From a virus (lineage: Duplodnaviria; Caudoviricetes), in IMG/VR virus record IMGVR_UViG_3300048886_000450, positions 1-51,139 of that record: a stretch of 51,139 nucleotides of DNA. The stretch is one strand, 5' to 3'. This document shows, piece by piece, positions 1-8,863 of this stretch. Each line of letters opens with the position of its first letter. The stretch's first letter is position 1. Both the position numbers and the translations under genes were made by a program. A model generated the notes under the pieces. That model did no database searches and had not been told where the DNA came from. It saw nothing but the letters and a program-made list of their open reading frames with translations.

Positions 1-1362
1 TCCAACACTCTGAGCAACCGTCCGACCCAAAATAGGATTGCTGGTACTCCGCGAACTACCAGAACTATCCCCTACGGCCAGATAAGTATTACTCCGGGCA
101 TTAGACGCCGTCGTAGCGCCAGTACCACCACTGGCAATTGGAAGAGTTCCAGTTACACCACCGGAACCACTCGCAGCCAGATTGGAAGCATCGGCAGAAA
201 GAACACCGGCAGTGAAGGAAATTCCCGTACCGGCGATATCGCTTTTGATTGCCAAACCGCTACCGGTAGTAGCCAAACCGGCCACACCAGAATCAAGTTT
301 GATTTGAAGACTGTCGGAAGAAGTTTCAAGACCACCAGCAGCAACAATATTCACAGAAATAACGCCACTGGCGATTCCTAGACCATCGCCCGCAGCAGAA
401 GTAGAAATCGAAAGAACACCACTAGTGAATGTGATCCCGTCACCAGCCGTGGTGCTTGCTAGAGCAACATCGTTGGCATTTACCGTGATGCCGTCGCCAG
501 CGCCCACGTTAAGTTGATCACCAGTCTTAGTTAGACCAGCACCAGCATCGATCTGACCGGCTCCTGAAAACTGTGAAAAAACTAGATCGTCTGTGCCTAC
601 CGTGTAAGACCCGCCGCCGGACTTGGCTTGAAGGACGTAACCACGGTTTGCATTGTCTGTTCCTCGTTCTACGAAGAAAAAAGCGCCAGCCGTGACCTCT
701 GCGGCAGTATCAAAATCTGCACCCCGTGTTGGAGCGCCAGAAGCATTTACCGTATAAACACCATTTTCTGAAGCGTCTGCCTGATCTTTGAGAAGGATAC
801 GATTCCCTGTCGCAAGAGTGATTCCGTCAATGGTGTCACCATTTTCAAAACTACTGGCAAGAGTTCCTGCTGCTGTTGTAGCAACAACAACTGACTCTTT
901 GGGATCCAAGCCAGCAGCCCGATCATCGACATAGCCTTTGTTTGCTGCATCGGAAGCATTGGTTGGCGCTGCCAGACCTGTAACTTTTGTAACAGTGACA
1001 GCATTGCTCCCGTCACGCTTCATAAGCGTAGAGGCAGTATCGGCCTCTGTAGCATTGTTGACTAGGGTATAATGCGCTGTGGGCATAAGCCCATCTGTGC
1101 TACCATTAGCATTAGCAACGGCTAGTGCCGGAGCGCCAGATGACCCATTAGTAACAGTTAATGCTGTAGTACCAGAAGAAACCTCAGTCAGAATTTGTTT
1201 CCACGCAGAACCGTTATAGACCTTTAAAATGTTGTTGGTTGAATCATAAATCGTCCAACCTTCAAACTCACCAGATCCGGGGTCGCCAGCAGAGAACTGC
1301 AACTTCGCGTTCTGTAGTTCATTCTGATTAAGATTTAAATTAGTAACGAACTTTTGTGCCAT
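1..1362 (-). CDS. Tail fibre protein, 3'-truncated by the window edge (absent from the ORF track)
   Basis: ATG at 1362 opens a frame with no stop to base 1: MAQKFVTNLNLNQNELQNAKLQ...LKVYNGSAW...DAANKGYVD...DGITLATGNRILLKDQ..ENGVY...AGAGLTKTG..AGDGI repeats...GTLPIASGGTGATTA. These are typical fibre segments. Confidence 0.85.
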   Translation of the reverse strand, partial: MAQKFVTNLNLNQNELQNAKLQFSAGDPGSGEFEGWTIYDSTNNILKVYNGSAWKQILTEVSSGTTALTVTNGSSGAPALAVANANGSTDGLMPTAHYTLVNNATEADTASTLMKRDGSNAVTVTKVTGLAAPTNASDAANKGYVDDRAAGLDPKESVVVATTAAGTLASSFENGDTIDGITLATGNRILLKDQADASENGVYTVNASGAPTRGADFDTAAEVTAGAFFFVERGTDNANRGYVLQAKSGGGSYTVGTDDLVFSQFSGAGQIDAGAGLTKTGDQLNVGAGDGITVNANDVALASTTAGDGITFTSGVLSISTSAAGDGLGIASGVISVNIVAAGGLETSSDSLQIKLDSGVAGLATTGSGLAIKSDIAGTGISFTAGVLSADASNLAASGSGGVTGTLPIASGGTGATTASNARSNTYLAVGDSSGSSRSTSNPILGRTVAQSVG

Positions 1363-1375
1363 ATTAACCCCAGAA

Positions 1376-1861
1376 CTACGTCAAATAAGCCGACCCTGAA
1401 AATGCCGCAGAAAACGTAATAGTAACCTGCGTATCACTGTTGTATGATACATCACCTACTACCACCGTGCCGGTAGAATCAACGACTGTTACCGACGGCC
1501 TACCTCCTAATGTGTGCGTAACCGTCCAAGTTGCCGCAGCGCTAGCCTGATCGTGGACATGCCGATTGGAGCCAGTGATCGTAATGTATGTATTAGGCCA
1601 CGTTCCTTCTTCTTTCGGTCCATATAAACGTGCCTCCCCAGTCGCTGCGACTTTGTAGATATACCAATTTCCATTGGCTCCGGTAGCAGCCGTCGGTTCA
1701 ACCGTCCCAGATAGAACAATTCCTGACGAAGAAGCAATCGAAGAAACTATTTTTACATAGATCTTGTTGGGTTCTGACGCCGTTGTAGTAACAACATTAC
1801 GCAATTCCTCTGCCGTAATATTATTTACAACTTCTGTAACAGTTACTGTATAATCACTCAT
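1376..1861 (-). CDS. Putative minor virion / fibre-associated protein
   Basis: Thr/Val-rich beta protein (HDQASAAATWTVTHTLGGRPSVTVVDS...TITFSAAFSGSAYL); overlaps the upstream stop by 4 nt. Confidence 0.65.
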   Translation of the reverse strand: MSDYTVTVTEVVNNITAEELRNVVTTTASEPNKIYVKIVSSIASSSGIVLSGTVEPTAATGANGNWYIYKVAATGEARLYGPKEEGTWPNTYITITGSNRHVHDQASAAATWTVTHTLGGRPSVTVVDSTGTVVVGDVSYNSDTQVTITFSAAFSGSAYLT

Positions 1862-2205
1862 GTCGTTACATTCTCGTCAAGATAAAAGTTTCCTTGTAGA
1901 ACACGTTCTACTGATCCATTTGAAGCCACAACTTCTAAATCATAGATGCCACCGAACTGTAAGGCCGCAGTATCCGCAGCCGAAATGATCAAAGATATTG
2001 TTCCAGCATTAGAATCGAATGTCATTCTGTTATTTTCAGTAGTTAATTCAATCAATGCAGAAGAAGCCTCTATATCCTTCCGAACTTGCATACGACCCGT
2101 TTTGCCACTGAGATCAACAATGGAGTCGTCATAGTTAGTGATTTCTATAACCCGGTCAAAGGTAGCACCCTGATCACAGGTAAAATTGTAAATACCAGCG
2201 GGCAT
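1858..2205 (-). CDS. Small Ig-like virion protein (BppU/fibre-connector-like)
   Basis: DQGATF...DLSG.TGRMQVR...GTISL.ISA.DT...YDLE pattern common in phage fibre regions; GAGGT RBS upstream. Confidence 0.6.
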   Translation of the reverse strand: MPAGIYNFTCDQGATFDRVIEITNYDDSIVDLSGKTGRMQVRKDIEASSALIELTTENNRMTFDSNAGTISLIISAADTAALQFGGIYDLEVVASNGSVERVLQGNFYLDENVTT

Positions 2206-2279
2206 ACTATTACCTCATTAAAGATAGTTTGGAAAATCTGACCTCTGCTTTGACAGATCTCCTCAAAGAAAAGTCTACA

Positions 2280-2543
2280 TCATGCATCATTGATCTCTGG
2301 GTTAAAGTTTGGGTTGTAAAACTGATCATCAAAAAAGCGTTCGCCGTACTGCAACAGCCCGTAGATAGCCCACGGAGTGCTTTGAGGACTGGTGGAAACT
2401 AAAAGAGTGTTTCCTTCATCTGTCATGACCTCTGCGATCACGACGTAATCCTTTACGACAACAGGAAGATCTTCACCGAACTTGTCGGCAACTTCAACAT
2501 CTACAATCTGCTTGCCGGGGTCTTGAGAGTTATCGTCTGCCAT
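2280..2543 (-). CDS. Small acidic hypothetical protein
   Basis: 87-aa ORF co-directional with the operon and filling the gap between neighbours. Confidence 0.6.
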   Translation of the reverse strand: MADDNSQDPGKQIVDVEVADKFGEDLPVVVKDYVVIAEVMTDEGNTLLVSTSPQSTPWAIYGLLQYGERFFDDQFYNPNFNPEINDA

Positions 2544-2565
2544 TTGCAGATACTACTTCATCGCT

Positions 2566-3312
2566 TCAAAGATTCGCGTCAGCATCCCTTTGATGCTTGC
2601 GGTAAAGACCCTTCATAGAAAATTTTCTGATTCCCCCGTAAGAAAGGCCACGATTATTACCCGATTCGTGCATTTCTGCATCACCAATAATAATCTTGCC
2701 AATGGTGTCACTTCTCTTGAACGGAATTAACTGATATATCGGTGTTCCGGCTTTAATCACAAAAGTTTCCTGTGTCATCACCCGTAAAACAACATTTATA
2801 TTGTGGTAAAAGTCCGTGTGAACTATCGCTGGTAAAACCTGATAACGCTCATCCGGCTCATACGCGATAGGCAACATCAGTGTGGAGTACCCCGGAGCGG
2901 TCTTATACAGAAACGGTGAAATAATCTTCGGAAACCCCGCCTCATCGAAAGCCCTACCATGGCTAATGGGACATCCCTCCGCCATTCTCCCACCGAAATG
3001 ATCAACGTTAAAAGCCTGATCGCTAGCGCTTCCCCGAACATCATTCATACCTATTTGAAATATTTCAATGTCGCACCATAAGGGAACTGTCAAACCAATA
3101 GACAGATAATCTTGGATACCCTTACAACTGACTATTGTGTCTGGCTTTGCTATTTTGGGACTTCTGTACCATTCCGGCCAACCGGCTGTACCTAACGTGG
3201 GAGGGTTTTCAATCAGTCGATTGTCCTTTGGAACAATCAGAATCTCTCCCTTTTTGACCTTTGGCCAATCTAGGTACGATCGGATTTTATTGAAGGTCTT
3301 CAAGCGCTTCAT
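2566..3312 (-). CDS. Conserved hypothetical protein of the type found with phage 2OG-oxygenase clusters (possibly dUTPase-like beta fold)
   Basis: PEWY..TIVSCKGIQDYL..G..VPLW, SPF.YKTAPGYS.L, PAIVHTD, IKAGTPIYQLIPFKR; overlaps the halogenase stop by 26 nt. Confidence 0.6.
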   Translation of the reverse strand: MKRLKTFNKIRSYLDWPKVKKGEILIVPKDNRLIENPPTLGTAGWPEWYRSPKIAKPDTIVSCKGIQDYLSIGLTVPLWCDIEIFQIGMNDVRGSASDQAFNVDHFGGRMAEGCPISHGRAFDEAGFPKIISPFLYKTAPGYSTLMLPIAYEPDERYQVLPAIVHTDFYHNINVVLRVMTQETFVIKAGTPIYQLIPFKRSDTIGKIIIGDAEMHESGNNRGLSYGGIRKFSMKGLYRKHQRDADANL

Positions 3313-4765
3313 GATGATCCATTACTGGGTAAGCGGATTGGCCTTCCCGTAGTTTCCATATGACATCCTCTACGGACTTTCCCCAATTCAAAGCCTGTAT
3401 TGCCCTAGAAGCCGAATCAGGATTCAAAACTCCCTGTCCTTGCCCTACATGGTAGAAATGTGGCATTCCAAACATCGCCAATTCCCCATGGACAAAATCC
3501 ATCTGTTGGGGTGGGCGTTCTGACCAAAGACCCAACAGTCGTTCCAAATTTTCCGGAATGGGCACATCCTGTAAGGCAGACCAAAATGGAGTATCAGTTC
3601 GATCACTAATGTAATGCAATCGAATCATGTCAAGAATATTAGCCATCATATTATTGAACTGTCGGTTGTATTCTTTCGGAATCCATTCGTCGCCCTTCTG
3701 AAAAGACGCCAAATAACAGATCAGAGATTGTGCCTGAGTTATTGTTGACCCTATGGAAGTCGCTTCTAGCGGTTCCACAAATGATCCTGCCAGACCGACC
3801 GCTACACAATTGCCGACCCATGCTTCCTCTAAATGACCCGGATCAAATTGAAAGTGTCGGTAGTCCGATATTTGGACATCCAACAATTCTTCCATTTCCG
3901 CTACTGCTTCTTCTTCAGTGCAGAACGAAGAAGAATAGACATATCCATTGCCTCGTTCTATTTGAGTTGGAATTTCCCATGCCCAACCGCTATTTAATGC
4001 CCTAGCACGAGTGTATGGCCTGATCTCTCCGCTTTCGTCCGCTGGTGTTCGGAAGGCAATTGCTGAATCTGTCAACAAATAATCACTGAAAGAGTTCCAT
4101 GTCTGTTTGGAAAGATGCGAAATCAAAACTTTGTTGAAACCAGAGGCATCTATCCAGAAGTCTGCTTTAATCGTTCTCTCGGCTGCCGCCGATGGATCGT
4201 CTAGTTCTACGGTAGTAATCCAATCATTTTTTACAACAACCCTCTGAACTTCACCCTCTACAATTTTTATATTACGATTCTTTACCTTAACTCTAAGAAA
4301 ATCATTCAACTCTTGAGTGTCGAAATGAAATTGGTTGACAGTCCTGTGAGGATTGTGCGCTGGAACCTTGTTTTCCAATAATCCTTTATGAGCAGTGTGT
4401 TGAGTCAACAACCATTCCTTAGACAAGAGTCCAGCGTATGCTCCGTTGAAGCCAAACATATGAGGAACAAAATCAGGCAACCCAGAAGTCACATGAAAAT
4501 AATCAGGGGTGTGATCAGTCCATCCTTCAAAACGAATACCCTTTTTGTGAGTGGCTAGCGCAGCAACAATCAATTCTGCGGGTTCTATCCCACAAAAGTT
4601 CATAAACCCTAACCAATGCTCCGTGGAGCCTTCCCCTACTCCTATGGTGCCAATCTTGTCAGACTTGACAACTGTGATTTCATGATCGGGAAGACCGGAA
4701 CGCAGAATAAGCGCTGCGATCAACCCTGCGTTTCCTCCCCCAACAATTCCAATACTTTGATTCAT
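3287..4765 (-). CDS. Flavin-dependent (tryptophan-halogenase family) halogenase
   Basis: GGGNAG FAD motif, IGVGEGS, ATHKKGI (catalytic-Lys region), WAWEIP (WxWxIP), FVEPLEATSIG, LHY..R.DTPFW. Confidence 0.9.
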   Translation of the reverse strand: MNQSIGIVGGGNAGLIAALILRSGLPDHEITVVKSDKIGTIGVGEGSTEHWLGFMNFCGIEPAELIVAALATHKKGIRFEGWTDHTPDYFHVTSGLPDFVPHMFGFNGAYAGLLSKEWLLTQHTAHKGLLENKVPAHNPHRTVNQFHFDTQELNDFLRVKVKNRNIKIVEGEVQRVVVKNDWITTVELDDPSAAAERTIKADFWIDASGFNKVLISHLSKQTWNSFSDYLLTDSAIAFRTPADESGEIRPYTRARALNSGWAWEIPTQIERGNGYVYSSSFCTEEEAVAEMEELLDVQISDYRHFQFDPGHLEEAWVGNCVAVGLAGSFVEPLEATSIGSTITQAQSLICYLASFQKGDEWIPKEYNRQFNNMMANILDMIRLHYISDRTDTPFWSALQDVPIPENLERLLGLWSERPPQQMDFVHGELAMFGMPHFYHVGQGQGVLNPDSASRAIQALNWGKSVEDVIWKLREGQSAYPVMDHHEALEDLQ

Positions 4766-4766
4766 G

Positions 4767-5354
4767 TTACGAATACCAAGTAACTAGTGAATACTTAGTT
4801 CCTTCTTCTACCGGATGGGCAATATGACCGTAAGGGAAGTTGGAAGGAAATAAAACTATCGTTCCTGCCACCGGGGTGATCTTCAAATCAAAGTAAGGAA
4901 ACTCCAACTCGCCGCCCACGAAGTCATCATTAAGAAAACACACCATGCTCAATGCTCTCTGATTTTGTTCCGCGTGATCATGATGAAAATGGTACTCCGC
5001 CTTATTCTGGTAGCGAATAACCGTAAATCCTTCATCTCTTCTTAGATGAAGGTCATAAACAGATCTGAAATCGTTTACCTTCTCATTCAGTTCTCTACAA
5101 AACGCTTTGAGTTCTGTTTCCAGCGGTAAAAAATCCTTATCGTTGTATCCAAAAACAGCACCGATGTTGCTTTCCACACTGCTTCTATAATCGGTTTGCT
5201 GCTGTTTACCCTCAACTCCTGTTGACGACCGTTTCCACGATGTAATCGAATATTCCAATTGTGCGGCCTTCAATGTTTCACCTAACAATTTGCCCGCATC
5301 GGCATACCAGCCCTCGTGAATCAATACTCCCGGTGCAGGATTTTTAACTGCCAT
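4767..5354 (-). CDS. 2OG-Fe(II) oxygenase (prolyl-4-hydroxylase-like)
   Basis: RY....Y..HHD, LNDDFVGGELEF, FPS...YGH..HPV..G.KYSLVTW. Confidence 0.9.
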   Translation of the reverse strand: MAVKNPAPGVLIHEGWYADAGKLLGETLKAAQLEYSITSWKRSSTGVEGKQQQTDYRSSVESNIGAVFGYNDKDFLPLETELKAFCRELNEKVNDFRSVYDLHLRRDEGFTVIRYQNKAEYHFHHDHAEQNQRALSMVCFLNDDFVGGELEFPYFDLKITPVAGTIVLFPSNFPYGHIAHPVEEGTKYSLVTWYS

Positions 5355-6114
5355 GTTTCACCCACTTAATTTCGTCTTGTTGAACGTCTAAATACATATT
5401 ACCACCGGGACAAATCAACATTTCGTGTTCCAAAACTCCATAACGTATACTGAAATCTGGAATATCTCCCTGACAGAAACAAGTCAAATTTACTATTCGG
5501 TGCCCTGCCAAAACAGGATCGACTTGATGAGAATAAACGAAATTTGCTGGATAGATGAGAAGATCGCCTTTTTGGGGTTCGTGTGTCACTCCCACATACG
5601 GCCATGAAATCTCCCCGCCAGTGAAATCATCTCCCTCTGGATCGTCGTCAGGCACCCAATCACTCAAAAATTGCAAAGCACATAAAACTCTCACAGGAGC
5701 GACAAGATCCTTGTACGTTTTTCCGTCTCTGGAATGCTCTCCGGGGGTGTTATCAGAATGAGTGCCCATACGGGCACCGGGCTGATAATAAAGAAGTCTG
5801 TGAGCCTCTTGCCATTGAATATCTTGAAAACTAGTCGGATACTCTTTCATATACTCCAAGAGGCATTCCATCATCACATCCTGAAGCATGAAAACATATT
5901 TGTCTTCTTCGCTATCTTGCAATCCAGTCTCAGGAAAGTTTCTACAACGAATAGGGCCGCTAATCTCATATGAACGACGGATCCCTTCTCGGGGGTCCAC
6001 CCATGGCTCCAAGCGTTCCATTTCGTACCGGCTTTTCCAAAGAACATCGGCATATCCGTCCGGAACTTTAAAGGCGTTTCGCCATAACCCGATAGCAGGA
6101 AAAAGTGTTTCCAT
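5344..6114 (-). CDS. 2OG-Fe(II) oxygenase (prolyl-4-hydroxylase-like)
   Basis: YQPG..M..HSD, FTGGEI.W, PQKGDLLIYP..F.YSHQVDPV..G.R; ATG at 6114 overlaps the upstream TGA (TGATG), so it is preferred over TTG at 6117. Confidence 0.88.
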   Translation of the reverse strand: METLFPAIGLWRNAFKVPDGYADVLWKSRYEMERLEPWVDPREGIRRSYEISGPIRCRNFPETGLQDSEEDKYVFMLQDVMMECLLEYMKEYPTSFQDIQWQEAHRLLYYQPGARMGTHSDNTPGEHSRDGKTYKDLVAPVRVLCALQFLSDWVPDDDPEGDDFTGGEISWPYVGVTHEPQKGDLLIYPANFVYSHQVDPVLAGHRIVNLTCFCQGDIPDFSIRYGVLEHEMLICPGGNMYLDVQQDEIKWVKHGS

Positions 6115-6587
6115 CAATTTGCGCTTTCGCCCCGAAACACTGGTTTCCGCTTAAACGCAAAAAATAACGCTGTTGCCAATTCGTCGCCATCGGACTTAAA
6201 CGACACTTCGTACTTTCCAATATCTGAAACAAGAAAAACCCAACGCGCCCGATGTTTTTCACACCATGACGGAATTAAATCTTCATACGCCATTTCCTTC
6301 TTGCGGGTGTTAAAAACAGAAATAGTAGCATTTGCTTCTCGTAAATCAACAAACTCATTCGACCATACAAACGCCTGATGGCTCCCTACATTGATTTCAC
6401 TATCAACCATCGCAACACCTGCTAGTTCGGGAACTTTAAAAATTCCGGCCTTAGACGGCGTTATATCAGGATGATCTTTAAGGATTTTCGGTGGTATACC
6501 TTGAACGATTGGTATACCCCATAGTTTTGCCTCAGCGGCGTGCGGCTCTACTTCTTCGTCCGTAGGAACGTAATAAAAAGTCTTCAT
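6114..6587 (-). CDS. Hypothetical protein
   Basis: 157 aa, coupled on both sides (TAAATG upstream, TGATG downstream). Confidence 0.7.
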   Translation of the reverse strand: MKTFYYVPTDEEVEPHAAEAKLWGIPIVQGIPPKILKDHPDITPSKAGIFKVPELAGVAMVDSEINVGSHQAFVWSNEFVDLREANATISVFNTRKKEMAYEDLIPSWCEKHRARWVFLVSDIGKYEVSFKSDGDELATALFFAFKRKPVFRGESAN

Positions 6588-8204
6588 TTAAATGTTGGCA
6601 GTGTCAAGGGCAATGCTTCTGCCATTTACTCCTGTGTTAATAGAATAACTCGGTGTGCCAGCATTTCTGGTGACCACAATCAAAACGCCACCTCCGCCGC
6701 GACCGCCTCGTTGCCCCTGATACCCGGTTCCACCTGCTCCACCGGAGTAATCAACCGCCGCCGCATGACCCACATTGGGTGGAACAGCGTGACCGGCTGT
6801 AGTGTCTGAAACAAGATGATGCGTGGTGTGATTATTTGTTACCGCCGCATCAGGATTACCTGTTGGCGGTGGTGCCGCACCCTGCACCGGATCAACACCG
6901 TGATGATTTGTAATCGTGTGATGATTTTGAACGGGATTCGGCGGCACCGGGGTGATTTCTGACGCGGTGTGATGGTTCTGAGTCGTGTGATGGTTTGTGT
7001 ACGGGTTTCCGGGGGTGTGATGATGAGTGCCCGGTTGAACCATGTGGTTTGTCGGATTGTGGTTTCCGGGGTTGTGATGCGGAAACGGTTGATAATTGTG
7101 ATGACCCGGATTTTCAGTACCCGGAGTTGTGACATGCACAGGATCATTAGTTACTGGTGAATCAGGATTCACACCAGATGTGCTGGCATGATGATGCGCC
7201 GCAACGTTGTGATTGTTTGTCACAGGCGGCTGATCGACATGATGATGTTGAGTATTGTGATGATGACTAGATGCAGGCGGCTGCGGATGATGGTTAGGCG
7301 GATAATTCGTGGGAGGTGTCCCATGATGATTCTGCTGTGATCCCGTGCCGGATGCATGGTGATGGTTTTGCACGGGCGGATTTGGCGGTTGAGGGACAGC
7401 ATGATTTCTCGCAGGATCGGTATACGTCGGAGCGGGTGTCCCGCTCGTTCCGGCAGCGCCATCGCTTGCTGCTCCACCCTCACAGTACAAACCACCTGAA
7501 CCGGTAATCTGACGAGCAGAAACCATAACTACGGCACCGCCACGGCCCCCTGTTCCTCCCGTGCCACCAGTTCCCGAAGAACCCTTACCTCCCGGCGCTC
7601 CGACCGTATTAGCGTTCGGAGGCCACGTTCCTGTCGCTCCGGCTCCCGAAACTCCTTGCGCTCCGGTGCCGCCCCCTGCGCCACCCTTGACGCGAATAAA
7701 GTCTGATCCACGCTGCTTGTAAGCATTGATTGCATCACGCAAATCATAGAAATCGTTTGCTGATACACCCACCGAAGTATTGACAGAGCCGCTGCCAGTA
7801 AATGTGTAACCCGGAACATACCCATCTGGTTCGCCTGCTCCACCCAAACCATCTGTAACGTTCTCTCCAACGGCCACAGTTCCCTCTAGAGAACCTGTAC
7901 TAACACTTGACACCGTGTCCTTGATTCCCAAGTCGCCCACCAAAGTCAAAGTGTTCTTTACGAATACCCGAAAACCATTTGGATTTAAAACAACCCCACT
8001 ATTTATACCAAGATTGTCGTAGTACATATCTTCGGTAAGAGTGGTATTCGTGGTAATTGTCACATTGCCGTCTTCACCGTTTCCGAAAATCAGTTCACCA
8101 TCGAATTGAAGATCGCCAAACTCGTCCTCAGGCAGCATTTCAACTGCGTAAGGAAGTAAGTCCTTTTCTCTACGGACACCCTGATCGTATTTCGGATCAG
8201 CCAT
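6588..8204 (-). CDS. Gly-rich putative virion/fibre-tip protein with a His/Asn/Pro-rich low-complexity insert
   Basis: FGNGEDG.VTI beta domain and GGxGG repeats flank a 213-aa segment with ~41 His; paralog of 8204..8863. Confidence 0.75.
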   Translation of the reverse strand: MADPKYDQGVRREKDLLPYAVEMLPEDEFGDLQFDGELIFGNGEDGNVTITTNTTLTEDMYYDNLGINSGVVLNPNGFRVFVKNTLTLVGDLGIKDTVSSVSTGSLEGTVAVGENVTDGLGGAGEPDGYVPGYTFTGSGSVNTSVGVSANDFYDLRDAINAYKQRGSDFIRVKGGAGGGTGAQGVSGAGATGTWPPNANTVGAPGGKGSSGTGGTGGTGGRGGAVVMVSARQITGSGGLYCEGGAASDGAAGTSGTPAPTYTDPARNHAVPQPPNPPVQNHHHASGTGSQQNHHGTPPTNYPPNHHPQPPASSHHHNTQHHHVDQPPVTNNHNVAAHHHASTSGVNPDSPVTNDPVHVTTPGTENPGHHNYQPFPHHNPGNHNPTNHMVQPGTHHHTPGNPYTNHHTTQNHHTASEITPVPPNPVQNHHTITNHHGVDPVQGAAPPPTGNPDAAVTNNHTTHHLVSDTTAGHAVPPNVGHAAAVDYSGGAGGTGYQGQRGGRGGGGVLIVVTRNAGTPSYSINTGVNGRSIALDTANI

Positions 8205-8863
8205 CAGTCAGCCTCTAAGAAATAGGTATTCCCCGCTGACCCAGTTCCGGAACCAGCCGCACTCAGCGTGTACGAATGGCTTTTGTCGGACGAAACCAAA
8301 AATAACACACCGCCGCCTGCATTACCTGCCGAAGTAGCAATGATGCTTCCACTTCCAAAGAGGTATCGTGCAGCGACTATTACCACACCACCGCCATAAT
8401 TTGTTCCATCTCCTGCCCCGCCCTTGAGAAGATTGATAGTGCCATTACTAGGATCAAATGAATACCCGTCAACAACATTCAAAGGATTCTTATACCACTT
8501 CGTTCCACCCAAAGCCGCAGTAGGAGCCGTAACGGTGTGACTAGCAGAAGCACCACCTAACGAATTGGTTACTGCCGCGTTCTGCGTTCCAATCCCCAAA
8601 GACCCTTGAGAACTAGGTCCGGCTGTCATCCCAACCGTTCCCCACAAAAACAAGTTGCGTTGAACAAATACCCGATAACCAGCAGTGTTTAATGTTTTAC
8701 CCGAATCGACTGTCAAATCCAGATAGTACATATCTGAGGTCAACGTGGTGTTGGTACTGATCGTTACAGTGCCATCTTCTCCGCTGCCGAAAATATGCGA
8801 TGGCGAATCATAAAAATCCGCTAAAGCATCAGGAGCGCCTATTCGGACAAGCCGCCCAGCCAT
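8204..8863 (-). CDS. Gly-rich putative virion protein, insert-less paralog of 6588..8204
   Basis: FGSGEDGTVTISTNTTLTSDMYY..L...SG..LN..GYRVFV aligns by eye with its neighbour; GGGVVIVAAR and GGGVLFLV. Confidence 0.75.
   Translation of the reverse strand: MAGRLVRIGAPDALADFYDSPSHIFGSGEDGTVTISTNTTLTSDMYYLDLTVDSGKTLNTAGYRVFVQRNLFLWGTVGMTAGPSSQGSLGIGTQNAAVTNSLGGASASHTVTAPTAALGGTKWYKNPLNVVDGYSFDPSNGTINLLKGGAGDGTNYGGGVVIVAARYLFGSGSIIATSAGNAGGGVLFLVSSDKSHSYTLSAAGSGTGSAGNTYFLEAD

Noticed and set aside
153-1016. ORF-track ORFs 153..347 and 747..1016
   Set aside because: Alternative-frame shadows inside the real fibre gene 1..1362
6765-7403. CRISPR array, DNA tandem repeat or DGR variable region
   Set aside because: Repeats are at protein level with synonymous variation; there is no fixed repeat-spacer period, template repeat or reverse transcriptase in the window
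6839-7870. Ile/Thr/Arg-rich alternative-frame ORFs over the His-rich region
   Set aside because: By-products of CAT/CAC/AAT codon repeats; the main frame is continuous and its flanks match the paralog
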